Positions 62,531 through 64,000 of a DNA stretch of 64,000 nucleotides are shown piece after piece; position 1 is the stretch's first letter, and each line of letters starts with the position of its first letter. Both the position numbers and the translations under genes were made by a program. The DNA comes from an uncultured delta proteobacterium (GTDB lineage: Bacteria; Myxococcota_A; Polyangia; Polyangiales; Houyiibacteriaceae). The notes beneath the pieces were generated by a model that ran no database searches, was not told where the DNA came from, and saw nothing but the letters and a program-made list of their open reading frames with translations. The stretch spans positions 1,120,001 through 1,184,000 of the forward strand of contig CAVOVB010000001.1 in assembly GCA_963699755.1 (NCBI GenBank), read 5' to 3'.

Positions 62531-63499
62531 TTGGCGAAAAAGGACGACCTTCTTCGACAGTATCGAAAGATGATGGTGATCCGGCGCTTCGAAGAGGAAG
62601 CGGCCCGCAACTACGCCAAGGGCAAGATTGGCGGCTTCCTTCACCTCTACATCGGGCAAGAGGCAATAGCGGTCGCCGCCGCTGAAGTACTGGAAGAGCG
62701 CGACTACATCTTCCAGACCTATCGCGACCATGGCATCGCGCTGGCTCGGGGAATGTCCCCGAATGCGGGCATGGCCGAGCTCTTTGGTAGAGACACCGGC
62801 TGCTCGCGAGGCCTCGGCGGTTCGATGCACTTCTTCGATGTCAAGCGAGGTTTTCTCGGCGGTTGGGCGATCGTTGGAGGTCACCTCGCGCTGGCGGCAG
62901 GGACCGCGTTCAAGTCGAAGTACACAGGAGAGGATCAGGTCACCATCTGTTTTTTCGGTGATGGCTCGACGAACATAGGCGGCTTTCACGAGGCCATGAG
63001 CCTCGCAGGCCTTTGGAAGCTCCCCGTCGTCTTCGTTTGCGAGAACAATCAGTACGCGATGGGTACGCCCCTCGAGCGAACCAGCCCAATCAAAGATCTA
63101 TCGATCAAAGCCAAGGGCTACGGCATGGTCGGCGATCGCTTCGACGGCCACGATGTCGAAATCGTTGAAGAGCGAATCGCCGAAGCCGTCGACCGCGCAA
63201 GGACCGGCGGCGGACCGACCTTCATCGAGGTTCTGACCTACCGCTTCCGAGGTCACTCGATGAGCGATCCTGCGAAGTACCGCACCAGGACCGAGCTCGA
63301 GCAACGCAAGCAGCAGGACCCGATCACCGTCGTTCGCGACAGACTCATGGGACTCGGGGTCGAGGAGAGCACGCTCGACGACATCGACCTCGGAGTCGAT
63401 GAAGAGATCGACGCGGCGGTGCGATTCGCAGATGAATCGGAGCCGGCGCGCGAAGACATGATGATGAGCACCGTGCTGGCGCCGGAGGCTGAGTCGTGA
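62531..63499 (+). CDS. pdhA: Pyruvate dehydrogenase E1 alpha subunit
   Basis: [26 protein letters not shown]...ENNQY (TPP-binding motif) and [14 protein letters not shown] start inferred. Confidence 0.93.
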   Translation: MAKKDDLLRQYRKMMVIRRFEEEAARNYAKGKIGGFLHLYIGQEAIAVAAAEVLEERDYIFQTYRDHGIALARGMSPNAGMAELFGRDTGCSRGLGGSMHFFDVKRGFLGGWAIVGGHLALAAGTAFKSKYTGEDQVTICFFGDGSTNIGGFHEAMSLAGLWKLPVVFVCENNQYAMGTPLERTSPIKDLSIKAKGYGMVGDRFDGHDVEIVEERIAEAVDRARTGGGPTFIEVLTYRFRGHSMSDPAKYRTRTELEQRKQQDPITVVRDRLMGLGVEESTLDDIDLGVDEEIDAAVRFADESEPAREDMMMSTVLAPEAES

Positions 63500-64000
63500 G
63501 GCAGCTTCGCTACCGAGAGGCGCTCCGAGAAGCGATGCTGGAGGAAATGGAGCGTGACGAGCGGATCTTCCTGATGGGCGAGGAAGTCGGTCACTACCAG
63601 GGCGCCTACAAGGTGTCGGAAGGCCTCCTCGAAAAGTTTGGAGAGCGGCGCGTCATCGATACGCCGATCGCGGAAGCAGGCTTCGCAGGAGTCGGCATCG
63701 GTGCGGCGATGGCAGGGCTCAGGCCGATCATCGAGTTCATGACCTGGAACTTTTCGTTCGTGGCTTTCGATCAGATCATCAGCAATGCGGCGAAGGTCCA
63801 TCAGATGAGCGCTGGCGCGATTCAGGTGCCGATCGTGTTTCGGGGTCCCAATGGCGCGGCCAAGCAGGTCGCGGCGCAGCACAGTCACAGTTGCGCGCCG
63901 TTCTACACGAACATCCCTGGACTCTACGTCATTCAACCGAGCACGCCGCGCGATGCGAAGGGTCTTCTCAAGAGCGCGATTCGGAGCAATAATCCTGTCA
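63496..64000 (+). CDS. pdhB: Pyruvate dehydrogenase E1 beta subunit; runs off the right edge of the window
   Basis: Manual translation from GTG 63496 gives [14 protein letters not shown]...[15 protein letters not shown]...IDTPIAE...EFMTWNF...AAQHS. Absent from the ORF track. Confidence 0.93.
   Translation, partial: MRQLRYREALREAMLEEMERDERIFLMGEEVGHYQGAYKVSEGLLEKFGERRVIDTPIAEAGFAGVGIGAAMAGLRPIIEFMTWNFSFVAFDQIISNAAKVHQMSAGAIQVPIVFRGPNGAAKQVAAQHSHSCAPFYTNIPGLYVIQPSTPRDAKGLLKSAIRSNNPV

Overview
High-GC bacterial chromosome segment, densely coding and mostly core genome. The gene content (FHA-bearing sigma54 activator, RHH-FHA protein, Cys-rich lipoproteins, minor-pilin cluster) points to Myxococcota, probably Polyangiales; this is an inference. 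Housekeeping genes: gltX, lnt, bioA, ftsK, tRNA-Leu(CAG), a bifunctional rel, trpS, tatBC, gyrB, suhB, a two-gene biotin-dependent carboxylase and pdhAB. Signalling genes: PilZ, CBS, MCP, receiver proteins, a hybrid kinase and a GAF-GGDEF protein. There is also a complete fimU-pilV-pilW-pilX-pilY1 type IVa pilus priming cluster. I saw no integrase, transposase, CRISPR array or rRNA. The most notable observations are: (1) an FHA-GAF sigma54 activator gene followed directly by two TGACA-N3/4-TGTCA palindromes and a -24/-12 promoter in front of two uncharacterised lipoprotein genes; (2) a -10-like hexamer recurring 6-9 nt before start codons, suggesting widespread leaderless mRNAs; (3) an uncharacterised four-gene envelope operon containing an RHH-FHA protein, divergent from ftsK; (4) a ~70-nt strand-specific hairpin capped by a cUUCGg loop upstream of pdhA; (5) a sigma54/IHF-like promoter at the pil cluster; (6) a coupled TPR lipoprotein and HerA/FtsK-like ATPase pair. 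All calls come from motifs read by eye; no database searches were run.
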